Source: Octopus sinensis
Taxonomy: Eukaryota
DNA length: 64,000 bases
NCBI RefSeq assembly: GCF_006345805.1
Contig: NC_042998.1
Location: 58,156,001 to 58,220,000 of the forward strand
Direction: 5' to 3'
Below, in pieces: positions 39,541-53,999 of this stretch; the first letter of the stretch is position 1, and each line of letters opens with the position of its first letter. The notes under the pieces were generated by a model. That model had not been told where the DNA came from. It saw only the letters and a program-made list of their open reading frames with translations, and did not search any database. The translations under genes were made by a program, and so were the position numbers.

Positions 39541-39924
39541 TATATGTATCTAAGTATTCCGAAGTGCATAATGTTTCCCGCCGTAGAATTTATCTTTGAA
39601 ATGTAACACAAGTTACAGTCATGAAGAGACCTATTTCAGGCTCCTTATTTTTCCGCTTTACCTTATCGTTTCGATGAGAAAATAACTGCATGAATAAATG
39701 AAAAAATTTTCATTAACTCTCAAATTGGTAACCCATCGATGTTAATTTTGCAACAGTATAATATATATTTATATTAACACAGCGTGTTTATTTAAGAATT
39801 CCTCTTATTAATTAGTGTGTCTCACGAATTCTATAGGGCTGACCATTCATACATGTAAGTATCTTCGTAAGTCCAATCAAATTTTAGTAAGTCCAATCAA
39901 ATAACGGCATTTACAATATTTAAG

Positions 39925-40477
39925 GAAGCGAGCTGGCAGAAACGTTACCACACCGGGTGAAATGCTTAGCGGTATTTCGTCTGTCGTTACGTTCTGAGTT
40001 CAAATTCCGCCGAGGTCGACTTTGCCTTTCATCCTTTCGGGGTCGATAAATTAAGTACCAGTTATGCACTGGGCTCGATATAATCGACTTAATCCGTTTG
40101 TCTGTCCTTGTTTGTACCCTCTGTGTGTAGCCCCTTGTGGGTAGTAAAGAAATAGATATTTCGTCTGACGTTACGTTCTGAGTTCAAATTCTGCCGAGGT
40201 CGACTTTGCCTTTCATCCTTTCGGGGTCGATTGAATAAGTGCCAGTTACGCACTGGGGTCCATATAATCGACTTAATCCGTTTGTCTGTCCTTGTTTGTA
40301 CCCTCTGTGTGTAGCCCCTTGTGGGTAGTAAAGAAACAGGCATTTACCATATTTAAAGTGTAATAAATATAAATGCACACAAATTATCAGCGTGCATGCG
40401 TGTGTATATTTCTGTGTGTGTGTGTGCGCGCGCGTGTGCGTGTGTATGTGCGCGTGTGCGTGTGTGTGTGCGCGCGT

Positions 40478-40514
<37 letters not shown>

Positions 40515-41130
40515 ATACCTTCATGACCGCAAGTGTATATCAAACAGTTTTTATTATCGCATCCACCGCAAAGATGGCGAACTGGCAGAATCAGTAGCAC
40601 GCAGGACGAAACACTTAGCGTCGTTATGTTCAAATTCCGCCGAGGTCGGCTTTGCCTTCCATTCTTTGGGGTCGATAAATTAAGTACCAATGTAACACCG
40701 GGGTCGATGTAATCGACTAGCTCCCTTCCCCAACAATTTCAGGACTTTTGCCTCTAGTAGAAAGGATTATTACATCCACCCAGCCCCAGCATAGGCGGCG
40801 AGCTGGCAGAATTGTTAGCACGCCGGACAAAATGCTTAGCGATATTTCTTACGTCTTTACGTTCTGAGTTCAAATTCCGCTGAGGTCGCTTTTGCTTTTC
40901 ATCCTTTCAGGAATGGTAAAATAAATACCACTCAAGTACTGGTGGTCGATGTAATAGACTAACCTACGTCCCAAATTTTGGCAGCGAGCTAGTAGAATTG
41001 TTAACGAGTCGGACAAAATGCTTAACGCCATCTCTTCTGGCTCTTTATGTTTTAAGTTCAAATTCCGTCGAGGTCGGTTTTGCCTTTCCACTTTCGGGTT
41101 CGATAAAATAAGTACCTGTCAAGAACTAGG
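39925..41130 (+). mobile_element. Cluster and tandem array of SINE family C units
   Basis: Repeated ttacgttctgagttcaaattccgccgaggtcgactttgcc units at about 39985, 40170, 40625, 40860 and 41055. Confidence 0.85.
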
Positions 41131-42744
41131 GGCTAACTTTCTGGTTTTCTACCAAAAATTAGAATTATTAATCCCTTTATATATAGTGTTATGCAAAAGT
41201 AGGTAAACGGTTATGAAAAAAGAGAACACGTACAATACTCATTTATTTTCATCAAAAGAATTAAATTACGATAAAAGTATTATTATAGTTATGATAAATG
41301 TTTTATTATAATTAATGACACTGAAAATATCACAAATGAGGCTAACTTTTAATTTTTTGATAAAAATAAATGATTATTGTACGTGTTTTCTGTTTTCAAA
41401 ACTGTATACCTCCTTTTGCACCCCATGTATTTTGTGTTTATCACGTCCTTGTGAAGATGTAATACATTCCCTTCTATTAATGCATCGGTTCTCAGACTAT
41501 TTCATAATAACTTTCCTCCACCCTCAAAAAAGTCACATCTGGGAAGTTTTTGCCTACATTCTAGTTTTTATTAATAAGAAGACAAAATAAAGGCTATAGT
41601 GTTTCGCCATATGTAGGAAAAATTTAAGTATAAAAGCATTTTGATTGTATTAAATTGGACATTTTGTGTGCTTCCTCCTTAATTCTTATAGTCCCCATCT
41701 ATGAGAAACAATCTCAATAGACCATTGTTTTGTAAAATATTACTATTCCTAAACATGAATCAGTTTTATTATGAAAGAGCTGAACGCCAGTGATTGTTAG
41801 AATCAGTCAAGTACAAGAAAAAACTCATTGCTGTCTTTAGTTATTCTCCTTTGCAAATAAACACATCGTTGCAGTACTTAGTTACTATTCTTTACATTTT
41901 GAGTTTACACTCACCACGACAGTCGGCATTACCATTCTTTCATGTAAAGTCGAGGAAATAAGCCCAAATCGAATTTTCGAGTTGGCATTATCGACTGCTC
42001 TTCTCGCCAGAAAACTGCGTGACTCTCGACCTATGGTAAAAATTCCTGTCAGTTGGTTTGTTATCTAGCAAGTAAATATCAAACTTAAGTAAAAGAGAAA
42101 TGATGCTAGAATCCTTATATTCTTTTGATTCCCCACTTCCTTTCTTTCTAGCTGATCTGTTCCTTCAAATATGGAAAGTGATTCATAAAAGTAACAATAA
42201 TTCGATAAAATAACTAGGTTTCTGTTCAAATAAAGTCAAAGTGCCATGACATTTTAAAAACTATCTCCGAAACGGTACAATACGTAGAGAGATTTTAAAT
42301 TTCTCAGTGAACATAGAATTCCTATTCTGTTTTCCATGTACGATTATGATTTTCGGATGTTCGTCAAATTTTAAAGGAGCTGGATTTAATAACTGGAAAA
42401 ATGCAATCAATCTATTAATTAGAAAAGAAGAAAGTTCCTTCTACAACCCTGAACTTCGTTATAATACGAAAAATTGGAGATAAGTGTGGCCGTTCGTAAA
42501 CTTTAAAAGAAATGGAGACTTAAAAGAAAATATTAATGCACATTTCTTGAACGACTAAGTGAAGGTGCACAGTTTTTAGAAAAAGACACGTTCCATTTCG
42601 TGTTAGAAACTAAACTAAACTGAACTACTTATATAAAACTAAGAATTGTTATAATTACTGGCCAATTTTGAACGCTTTTTCTGACAGTATATATAAAATA
42701 CTCATGTGAAAATATAAAGGGTCATACATAAAGTAAGGGATTTA

Positions 42745-43065
42745 TCTGATAGCATGAAGGACCCCTTCAGTCATAAATGACCATGGGATTGCACCTGGGA
42801 AGTTCCCCTCCGAGGCGCAAGACCGAGCAAGATTGTTTATGGAAGACCAGCAGTTGCCCATGTATACCAGTCTCCCTTCTCCACGCCACCGATGTGATCC
42901 AAGAGAAAGGCAAAGGCCAGTACAGTGATGCTGCAACTCATTTCTACAGCTGAGTGAACTGGAACAACGTGAAATAAAGTGTCTTGCTCAAGAATACAAC
43001 ACATAGCCTGGTCTGGGATTCGAACACACTACTTCATGATTGTGATACTGATACTCTAACCACTG
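42745..43065 (-). mobile_element. tRNA-derived SINE, reverse orientation
   Basis: The reverse strand reads cagtggttagagt...gttcgaatccc...gtattcttgagcaagacact. Confidence 0.75.
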
Positions 43066-43234
43066 TGAAGGCGCATGCTCAAGCAGCACTGTGTATCAAT
43101 ATATTATCGCCGAACTGAAGAAGTGCAAACATGTTTATACCTAGAAGACTAACTGACTAATTGTGCACTATGTTTGTCTGCACTAAAGCTGCACCGTTTT
43201 ACTGGACTAACTGTGCGCTATGCTTTACAGTGAA

Positions 43235-43525
43235 TGAGCGTGACTTAGTGGTTAGGGATATTCGGCTCACGAACGTAAGGTCAGGAGTACGATGCTTGCC
43301 AGTGCTTTGTAACCTTGACCAAGATATTTCACGCTGCCCCAGTCCACTCAGCTGGCAAGAATGAGTAGTACTTGGAATTCAAAGGGCCAGCCTTTTCACA
43401 TTCTGAGAATAACTTTAAGGATACACTTGGAGTGCTCAGCCACTTGCACGTTAATTTCACGAGCAAGCTGTTCCGTTGATCGGATCAACTTGAACTCTAG
43501 TCGCCGTAACCGACGGAGTGCCATT
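43235..43525 (+). mobile_element. tRNA-derived SINE
   Basis: gtgacttagtggttaggg head; tail ...gttccgttgatcggatcaac...gtaaccgacggagtgcc. Confidence 0.7.
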
Positions 43526-45982
43526 TTTTAATGTTTTCCCGCTGATCCATGTAGTCATTGAATATGCAAGGTTAAACGGTGGGTTCAATATTTGCGTGAC
43601 TTCTTTTGCGGTAAATGATATTGATATAAATTACTACTGTTATCACAGTTATAGCAATACCAGCAAAAAAATGAACCAGAAGCGTACAGTTATGGTTTAA
43701 GGAGGCGAATGCGTTTGCGGACTACAGTTTATGCTTTCCCCGTTTAATGGACTTGGCTGGAATGTATGCAGGGAAATTTTCTTCAAATTTGTGTTAAGCT
43801 TTTAATTTCTCTACTTCCATCAATCGATGAGATTTTATGACTGCTGCGTAATCTGATGGTGATGTTCATTTTCTAATTGTGAAAAGAATATCAAATACCA
43901 GGTACTTAGCTCGAGCAAAGGCAACAAACAGAAGCACATCTACACAGCTTTTCTGCATTAAAACAGGCTTTTCTACGACGTTTTAAATAACAATGAGCAG
44001 ATGAAATATCAGCGACAGATTCGAGGATTATTTTCAACCCTCATGAATTTGGAAATTATAAATGGTCATATTGTGAAATGAGGGCCTAGAACGTATTCAA
44101 CTGACCAATGCTTCTTTGGAATCTTATAGCTAAGAGTTGAACACAGCTTGAATACTCGATTAATCTTTGCATTAACATATTTAAGCTATTGATGTCTACT
44201 TTATCATACGTTGCAAATAACCAAGATCTGATTGAGAGTTTAGATTATCAACAATAAATAATCTCAAGTATGATTATTTCAGTGGTTCCATTTATTGAAT
44301 CGGAAACACTTTCCCGAAAGTTTAAAAACCAAATATTTTGCAATTATTGATAGCTTCCTTTCTGCCTTGTCAAGACGCCAGAAAGCTTATCAAGAGCTGA
44401 ATAGCATATTTGAATTCATCATCATTTTGCAGCCGTTTACACCTGAAGAGATTCTAATGAGGTAATCAATTCTTGTGAAATTATATCCGGAAGATCGAGA
44501 AGAAAGTTTTGGTAAAGGATGTGTTTACCAAGTTATTTAAAACTAATATTTCTTTTACTGGCACTAAACAAGACGTTTTAGAGCTACAGTCTTAATATTT
44601 GATAACTGAAAATTTTTTGTAGTCTTGTTTTACCACTATAGAAAATACTTTTCTATGCGACTTTGTCACAAAAGAGTTTGGAGGCTACTGTAGCATAAGA
44701 GACTACAAAGAAGGAAAAGAGGGATCCGACAAATTCCAAAGATATTGATGAACTGAAATCTAAAAGGACTGAGTATAACAGTCTAGAGTAAAACAATGAG
44801 TTCCAGAGAGTGACTGTTCGCGGAAAGAAGGTATCGGAATAAAAATACTTATGGGTAATAGGAAGCTCAATAGATAAATGACGCGTCTGGGAACAGAAGC
44901 AGCTGACACGTTTAAAATACTTGAGGAAGGTACTTGACTAGAAAGTTCACCAGAGCAATTCATTGCAATACTTATAGAAAAAGACACAACGTGTTTTATT
45001 TGTCACTCCTATAAATATAATAAAGAACACTCATTTTCAAACCGAAAACGATTCCAAATACACTAAGGGGTGCGGGGTATCGTGGATCAAAACAATGAAC
45101 AATCTCATTGTAAAGTGTATATAATTGCAAAAGTAGACATTTTAAAATAATCGAAATATACAACATGTGATAGCTAAATTGTAGTCTAACGTATGCTTTC
45201 GTATTTATGAACAATATTTTTCGAAAATTAGGGTTTCTTTATAGTGTATGTTCCAAGTTTCGCATAGCTTAATCTGGTCGTTACTCTATTGTCATATATA
45301 AATCTTTCTCTTGTTGCTTGGCACATGGTAAGACCTGATTGAGCAGAGCTATGATAGAAGCGGTAGTTATTCTACCTTTTCTGGCAGTCATGGTGTATAT
45401 GAGTTTATATAAAATAATGTTTGTTCCTGTCCGTTGTTGATTACTTTGTTGAGTTTGATTGATTATATCAAATAAAATTTCAACATGGGAAGGCGTTCAA
45501 TTCAAAAACTAAATAGTTACTAGTTACTGCAAAATAACTACACACCGCTTTCTACTAATCCAAAATGTAGCAAGATTTAGAAGAAGGAAAAATAACGTAG
45601 TGGTATTGATGCTTTTCCTACCTAAATCATCAACTTATCTGTGAAGATACTTCTTCAAATCTATTATTTGAAGATACCTCTTCAAATCTATGATAAATAT
45701 AGCTCATAAAAATATTATATCATATTATTTTATTATTGAAGTTAAATCATTATGTTGTCATTGAAGTCATATAATCTGCATTCCAACGAGGCAGTGCTTA
45801 AATATAAAGCTGAGGGTAAATTACCATTTACTTTGAAATCATATTCATATAGCATTTATATTGAACGTGTACACGCATTAAAGTTTGCACCGATTCCAAC
45901 ATATAAAGATTTTACACACTAAGACACACACATACGTATCTCTCTCTCTCTCCTCTCTCTCTCTCTCTTTCTCTCTCTCTCT

Positions 45983-46056
<74 letters not shown>

Positions 46057-46082
46057 GCACCTATATATGTGTACATATATAT

Positions 46083-46131
<49 letters not shown>

Positions 46132-46194
46132 TATATATATATCCGTACATGTGTGTGTACCTCTATATATATGTCTCTGTGTGTGTACGAATGT

Positions 46195-46475
46195 ATGTAT
46201 TTACTACCTCAGTAAAGCTGGACTCAAGAGTCATCTTCGTAGTCATAAACCTGGCCACTGGTGGTGGTGTAATACACCATACTAATAATATCTGTCAGGC
46301 ATGTAGAAGAGAGTTTAATTTGGCAGGAGGACTTAAACGACATGCAAAGGTGCATGAAGCCCAGTTACAACTACAGCCGGCTATTACCAGTAAATGTTTT
46401 AATTGCCAATTTTGTACAAGACATTGTAGATCTTTAGCTGAACTAAAAAGTCACATTCGATCACAGCACCAGTAA
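46195..46475 (+). mobile_element. LINE (RTE-like) C-terminal C2H2 zinc-finger remnant
   Basis: SKAGLKSHLRSH, CQAC..F....GLKRHAKVH and CQFC...CRSLAELKSHIRSQH lie in two frames with no usable splice acceptor. Confidence 0.55.
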
Positions 46476-46980
46476 CAGTTAAGCTTCGTGCACTGGTCAT
46501 ACGGGGCAGCCATAATAAACGATGCACAAACGCATATGTATATATATGTATATGTATGTATGCATGTATTTGTGTGTATTGTTGATATATGCATGCATCT
46601 GAGTGATAAGTGTATACGTATACGATTTACCTTCATCTGTTTTGTATAATTTCAAGACAAACATACACCATTAAAATATTCAATTAACTTTGATTACTTA
46701 CGTATGCTTTCTGTTAATTTATATATACATTTATATTAATCAGTATACTGTGTTTGCATTGATTCCATATACGCATACAAACCAACCAAAAGGTGGAAAC
46801 ATACGCGCGTGGCTAAGAAATTGTTTTTGCAATAACGTGTTCCAAGTTGGACCACCACTACGTAGCTCCTTGGGCTCGTGCATTCTATTATACACGTTGT
46901 TCAGGCTAAGTTTGACAGTTTGTATCAAAAGAAATGAGAACAGAGTACACATAAATATTTGTGCAGACACACACTCACAT

Positions 46981-47404
46981 GCATACATACATACATAATA
47001 CATACATACATACATACATACATACATACATACATACATACATACATACATACATACATACATGCATACATACATACATACATACATACATACATACATA
47101 CATACATACATACATACATACATACATACATACATACATACATACATGCATGCATGCATACATACATACATACATACATACATACATACATACATACATG
47201 CATACATGCATACATACATACATACATACATACATACATACATACATACATGCATACATACATACATACATACATACATACATACATACATACATACATA
47301 CATACATACATACATACATACATACATACATACATACATACATACATACATACATACATACATGCATACATACATACATACATACATACATACATACATA
47401 CATA
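46981..47404. repeat. ~420-bp (CATA)n tetranucleotide array with CATG interruptions
   Basis: Directly visible. Confidence 0.95.
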
Positions 47405-47734
47405 CAAAAATACCCTGTTGTTGATGTTGGAATTCCAATGAAGGAGTCTTGGGTCTAGGTTAGAAACCGACTTTTTCTCATTTGGCAAGAAATCTTGAAA
47501 TAACGCTGAATAATGACATACATACATAATGAAAAGTAAAATTGTTCTTAATAAATCAAAAATATCAACTAGATTATGAGCCGGAGATAACAATTTACAC
47601 AAAGTAACCACCCAGCTTCCACCCTGCGAAGATCTTCGAACACCTCCTTGATTATAAGCACCAGGTCGGCCTTAGTTGGTGTTGCAGACAGAGTTGTTGG
47701 TGTCTTTCTGAACCGAGCCCCATACGTAGTAGTC

Positions 47735-48345
47735 TCCGACAGCCAATTCTGACTCTTTCCGGAGGTATGGCAAGCAGCCAAATTCTGCTGCCACATATAT
47801 GGCCCTCTTGAACCAAAATTTGATCACATTTTCCAGCAGCTTCACATTCAGCCGCCTGAATTGAACCTATCACCCTGTTCAAAGATATAGGGCAGCATGA
47901 CGTCACCTACACTTGATACGCACCATTGCAATTTAGTAGAACTGATATATAGAACATCACATGGGTTGTAGGCAGCCATTTGTTGTTCTGGGTGTTGTTG
48001 AGCTGGTCCCGGCAGTTCTTTTCATCTGAGAAAAACCAGATCATCGCAGCTGACTACGATGCCTCAGCTTGTTCATAGCTGTCTTTGCCTCCGTCAAGCG
48101 GGTCTCCTTGGCCTTAGCTGTGAGAATTTGTCTCTTGCGCCTTTTTTACGAGTGGAAGTAAATGTCCTCATAGTTGTTCGATGGGTTCTAGCTTATGACT
48201 TAGGTAGAACACCTGCTGATCAGGGCTTCTTAATCTCCGTTATAGCTGTCCATGTCACATCCTACAGCCTTTGCAGTGTTTGAGAGCATTGAGCAGCAGT
48301 CATGATGCTGCTATTTTGATAGCCGGCACAAATCCTCATGATACA
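47735..48345 (-). mobile_element. Second DD37D-like Tc1/mariner transposase pseudogene
   Basis: MIWFFSDEKN...QNNKWL, CVSSVGDVMLP, PYMWQQNLAACHTSGKSQNWLSE. Confidence 0.8.
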
Positions 48346-48615
48346 AATAACACTCTTTCAGTTTTCAGACTGCTTCCAGCACGCCATGTCAGCAGAGTGT
48401 TTCTCAACTACAACTTTAATCGTTATTCTCTCCAGTGCCATTGACTGGTCACTAATATATCAAGCTGTTTCTGAAAAACAAAAAAGAAGACATGTGCAGA
48501 AACCTATCATATATATAGTTAATCCAAACAAGAAAGCACAAAAAAACACAACAACGCGAGGACGTGGAACAAATATAGTATTATTGGACGCTCAGGAAAG
48601 AAGGAAAGAAGCAGG

Positions 48616-48650
48616 GTTTAACGTTTTGAGCGGAGCTCTTCGTCGGAAAC
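48616..48650 (-). ncRNA. Hammerhead-like motif with CCGACGA core variant (also G12A)
   Basis: Reverse complement of the 56292 motif, within a shared ~140-bp repeat. Confidence 0.45.
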
Positions 48651-48727
48651 ATAGGAGAAGGAAAGATCCAGAGAGGGGAAGACAGAGGAAAAAAATCGCC
48701 AACGGTACACACGAGGTCACATTTATC

Positions 48728-48774
<47 letters not shown>

Positions 48775-49439
48775 AATTTAATGAATAAAACATATGCGTA
48801 CATAAATATATGTACATACCTACATCTATATGTATATATACATACATATATGAGTACAGGACACCACAAATAAACGTAGGACACAACGAGAAACGAAAAC
48901 AAGGAAACGGACTTTTTTTTAACACCGAAAAAACAGAGTACAAGACAAACAATACAAGGAACATTCCTATTCTTCAGCTGCCCCTGTTTCGACTCAATGC
49001 GTGTTTCGAAGGTAAGGGCAGAACACGGCCACGCCGAAGCGGTCCTTCCCGCAAAATGAATTAATTAAAATTTTTTTTGCGGAGGAGTAAAAAAGTGACA
49101 AGAACAGGACGTAAAAGCAATACAGATGAAGAAAAGAACAGTACAAATAAAGATAAAACCAGTAAAAAACAGGACAAGGAAACCAACAATATATATATAT
49201 ATTTGTGGAGGGGTGGCTTTATGTTTATTTATTGCCGCCTAACAACGCTTGTTGGCTGGTTTACACCTCTTTAGTACTACATCTTAAATTAGTAGCGAGT
49301 TGATTTAATCAACGACAGTTCAATGATTGAAACTGGCACAAGAGCGAAAGACTAAAAAAATAGCTGCGAATACGTCTATATTTGGTACTTTGTATGTAGA
49401 TGCTCACGATGGAACAAATCGAGAAAATATAGTCAAAAG

Positions 49440-49625
49440 CGTAGGAGTGGCTGTGTGGTAAGTAGCTTGCTTACGAACTACATGGTTCCAGGTTCAGTCC
49501 CACTGCGTGACACCTTGTGCAAGTGTCTTCTACTATAGCCTCGGACCGACCAAAGCCTTGTGAGTGAATTTGGTAGAGGGAAACTGAAAAAAGCCCGTCG
49601 CATATATGTATATGTATATATATAT

Positions 49626-49716
<91 letters not shown>

Positions 49717-49945
49717 TGTATATGTTTGTGTGTCTGTGTTTGTTCCCCCAACATCGCTTGACAACCGATGCCGGTGTGTTTACATCCCCGCAACCAAGCG
49801 GTTCGGCAAAAGAGAACGATAGAGTCAGTACTAGGCTTACAAAGAATAAATCCTGAGGTTGATGTTCACGACTAAAGGCGGTGCTCCCGCATGGCCACAA
49901 TCAAATGCTTGAAACAAGTAGAAGAGAGTAAAAGAGAGTAATATT
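49440..49945 (+). mobile_element. tRNA-derived SINE (family A)
   Basis: Matches the other family A copies. Confidence 0.85.
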
Positions 49946-50589
49946 TGACATTAAACTGCATGCACAACGTATATATTTGTTTTCAAAACACGCTAATTGT
50001 TACCTATGCAAGATGCCGTGTAGTTCTTATTTATTATACGATATTGATATTGCACACTATTTATAAAATAGTGTGCAACGCTATTATTAACTTAAGTGCT
50101 TGTCTTCGAAATGGTTTCTTGTACTTTTAAGTAATATTTTATTGAGTACTAATTATTATATCGAAATACAAACCAGACAAATAGTAATATACATTTTGTT
50201 TTACCTAGGCTAAATCAGAAACCGAATATTCTTTATCTACACACACACACACACAATAACAGAGAGACACGCACTAGCACACATGCATGCACATACACAC
50301 ACACACGAACACATGCAACCAGGGAACTCCTACGAGACTGTTTAACTTACTATAAAGTGTAGATAACGTTTCTGTAAATCAGTCAGCATTGCTTTTGCGA
50401 ACTGAACAATACATTGGACAATTCAGTCCTACACGCAACCATGTCTGAAAATATGACAGCATGCTCGCGGTTGGAACACATGTGAAAGCGGGTTTGCCAG
50501 ATAAGTGATGATCAGGGGGCTAAACAACATACATGTATAGGCAAATGCTACTTCTTGAACAGTTTCTCAAAACTTGTTAACATCGAATC

Positions 50590-51378
50590 TTTTCTACTCT
50601 AGGCACAAAGCTCGAAATTTTGGGGGAGGTATTCGGTCAATTAGATCGACCCCTGTACGCAACTGGTACTTAATTAATCGACCCTGGAAAGATGAAAGTC
50701 GACCTCGGCGGGATTTGAACTCAGAGCATGTGGACAGAAGAAAGACCTATTTCTTTATTGCCCACAAGGGGCTAAACATAGAGGGGACAAACAAGGACAG
50801 AAAAGGGATTAAGTCGATTGCATCGACCCTAGTGCGTAACTGGTACTTAATTTATCGACCCCGAAAGGATGGAAGGCAAAGTCCACCTCGGCAGAATTTG
50901 AACTCAGAACATGACTACAGACGAAATACCTATTTCTTTACTGACCACAAGGGGCTAAACACAGAGAGGACAAACAATGACAGACAAACGGATTAAGTCG
51001 ATTACATCGACCCCAGTGCGTAACTGGTACTTATTTAATCAACCCCGAAAGGATGAAAGGCAAAGTCGACCTCGGCGGAATTTGAACTCAGATCATAGCG
51101 GCAGACGAAATACCGCTAAGCATTTCGCCCGGCATACTAACGTTTCTTATTTCTTTACTGCCCACAAAGGGGCTAAGCATAGACAGGATAAACAAGAACA
51201 GACAAAGAGATTAAGTCGATCACATCGACCCCAGTGCGTAACTGGTACTTAATTTATCGACCTCGAAAGGATGAAAGGCAAAGTCGACCTCGGCGGAATT
51301 TGACCTCGGAACGTAAAAGCAGACGAAATACCGCTAAACATTTCGCCCGGCGTGCTAACGTTTCTACCAGCTCGCCCC
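50590..51378 (-). mobile_element. Head-to-tail array of four SINE family C units
   Basis: Units at about 50590-50745, 50746-50930, 50931-51146 and 51147-51378. Confidence 0.88.
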
Positions 51379-52374
51379 GCTTAATCTTGTCGCTGTTGGT
51401 TGAGAGAAAGCTGACTATGAGAGAATCGAATTTTATAGTATTAGGAATCAAATGTACAGAATAGGTTATCACGTAGATATGGAAGTCTTTAGAATTCGAA
51501 ACCGCACGTTTTTGTTGTTGTTTTCTTCAAGTATGAATGATAGTTTACGTGGCCTCATAACAATAGATATAGATGCAGCATTTACATGGAATGTTTAAAG
51601 AGCATGAGCGCCGATTTCAAGAACTGAGGGATAGTTAGAAGAAAGTATAAAAGAAGGAAAGAAATCTATGTATAAAGCAAGGAATTAGAAAAGAACCGAG
51701 CAGTTTGTGCCTAAATAAATACGCAAAATGTAACATGTCAATATTTTATGAAAAACTTGTTTTGATTGATCAATCTGAGAGAGAATAATACTAGTTCAGA
51801 AAGAGTTGGATTAGTGAATCTTCGGAGAAAACATAACCCAAAAAATTCCCCGAAGAACTTCCTATCAACTAGCTGTCATTTACATGTACTTATTCCTGTC
51901 ATGTCTGCTATAACACTTGCAATTATCTAAGTGACATCAAAAGCATCTTGCGTGCACCTGACAGGGATATGGATGGATAATTCAAATCTGTGCAGAAAGC
52001 CGTTGTCATAGCTGGACAACAGTATATTTGTATGTATGTATATATATATAATATATATATACCTCGCTTAGAGATTTATTATTGCTATATGTATGTATAT
52101 ATATATGTATGTATATGTGTGTACGTGTGTATGTATAAATGATAAATGTAAGATCCAGGGATCGAAGTGTAGGAAGAAAGTTAGCTTCAAGCAATCCGTA
52201 GTAAATATATAAAAAAACAACATTCAGGAAACATAATAGTTTATTGAAACTGAAGGCTGTCGATTTTTTTCGTATCGAAGAACGATAAGCTGAAAAGAAG
52301 TTATTTATTATATTCTACAGTATACATTTTCAATATCAGTTATAAAGATATAATAAAGTTATAAAGATGAAACC

Positions 52375-52431
<57 letters not shown>

Positions 52432-52467
52432 ATCTGTGTCTGTGTGTGTGTGCACAATTATAATTAA

Positions 52468-52644
52468 GGGTACCGAAGAGGCACCATTATGCCAGAAATA
52501 GCTGTCTAGACTGACTCTAGAACCACATCATATATTCATATAGCACAGGTATTCATACTGCACCAGTGCTATATGAATGCCTGCTGTGATTCTAGAGTCA
52601 GTTTTGACTGCTATTTCTAGCATGGCGGTAGCTCTTCGGCACCC
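52468..52644. mobile_element. 177-bp hairpin MITE with TTAA/TTAT flanks and GGG...CCC ends (Kolobok-like termini)
   Basis: Arms 52468-52546 and 52566-52644 are roughly 80% complementary, with a 19-nt loop. Confidence 0.55.
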
Positions 52645-52739
52645 TTATACTTATACTATTATGCTTGTACTAACGGCCAGTTGAGAACCATCTTCATAAA
52701 CTTGGTTACGTAAGTAGGTTCGATGTTTCGATCCCAGAT

Positions 52740-53425
52740 CAATTGAATGAAGCTAATCAGACACTATGGATTTTCATCTACGATGTGCTGCAGAAACGTG
52801 AAGCAAACGATCTCTTTTCGAAGAGAACCGTAGCAGCAGGCGATAAATGGATTGTCTATAATAATATGTATCACAAACGATCATTGGGGAAGCGAGGTGA
52901 ACTATCACAAACAATCTCCAAAGCAGCATTTCACCCGAAGAAAGTTATGCTTTAAATTTGGTGGGATTGGAATGGTATTGTCTGTCAGGACTACCTATCT
53001 GGATGAGTACTGCAACCAGCTGGACAAATTAGATGCAGCTATCCACCTGGATGTCAGATCGCATCCTTCTTTGCAAACACAGACGTTACTGGAGATGGGC
53101 TGGGCTGGGCTACGGTTGAGGGAAGTTTTGCCGCACCCTCAATATTCGACCGACATTGTGCCTTCGGATTTACACTGGTTTAAGTCTCTTCAAATCTCAT
53201 CGAATATACAGAACGTCCACGCTGAAGAAGATATATAAATTCACCTCGAAGAGATTTTCACTAGTAAAGACAGGGAATTCTTTGAGCAGGAACTAATGGT
53301 TCTGCAAAGTGGTAAATCTGCTGGAATGAAACTATAACTATATTATTGACCGAATACATTGCCTGGTGTTTAACGTTTGCGTCTTATTTTGAAAACTCAA
53401 ACAGACGTTTTGACCAACCCAAAGT
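52740..53425 (+). mobile_element. Mariner (DD34D) transposase pseudogene
   Basis: KRTVAAGDKWIVYNN...HPKKVML and VLPHPQYSTDIVPSDLHWFKSL resemble TGDEKW and HPPYSPDLAPSDY; TIR-like 3' end. Confidence 0.85.
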
Positions 53426-53571
53426 AAAAATACTTATCCACTCTACACAACGTATTCACTTCTCTAAAAGAAAATGTCTTCACAGCGTAAAATGTACTCG
53501 GAAACACTTTTAAAATCTTATATTATGATGCAAATATATTTACATATATATATATGTATATATATATATAT

Positions 53572-53634
<63 letters not shown>

Positions 53635-53738
53635 TAGGATGTGTGCATGTGCGTCTGTGTGTGTGTGTATGTGTGTGTGCCTATATTGATTTTAATTGCG
53701 CATTTACTTATGTATATATTGTATATATTCACACATAC

Positions 53739-53808
<70 letters not shown>

Positions 53809-53958
53809 AAATTGCGAGGCTAATCTGGTGCTTGACTGAAGAAAGAAAACCTCAAATGACCCGTCCTTGTTTTCTTTGTATCGTCTATCTGGATGTTTTG
53901 TTGTACCTTTTTGCATCACCTATGCTGTCCGGATGTTTTGCGTTCTTGTTCCATTTTG

Positions 53959-53999
<41 letters not shown>

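Larger units (their letters stand above)
42170..44560 (+). mobile_element. Fossil hAT transposase interrupted by two SINEs
   Basis: LFCFPC...GFNNWKNA (TTF zinc-finger-like); DIDINYYCYHSYSN (GQSYDNA-like); VKRISNTRYLARA (LSDTRW-like); LERIQLTNASLESY; FAIIDSFLSALSRR...LYPED; many stops. Confidence 0.7.

Noticed and set aside
42156-42200. Strong-looking acceptor (cttcctttttctttctAG) as an extra exon
   Set aside because: The only open frame needs a phase 1 entry, incompatible with exon 3, and it abuts the hAT fossil.
46149-46475. Host C2H2 zinc-finger gene exon (a family expanded in octopus)
   Set aside because: Fingers lie in two frames, lack TGEKP linkers and an acceptor, and match LINE C-terminal GLKSH fingers.
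46740-47611. 120-232-aa YVCM/HTYI ORFs
   Set aside because: (CATA)n microsatellite translations.
50590-51378. CRISPR-like regularly spaced repeats (also 39925-40340)
   Set aside because: Units are ~185-bp SINE copies without unique spacers, in a eukaryotic context with no cas genes.
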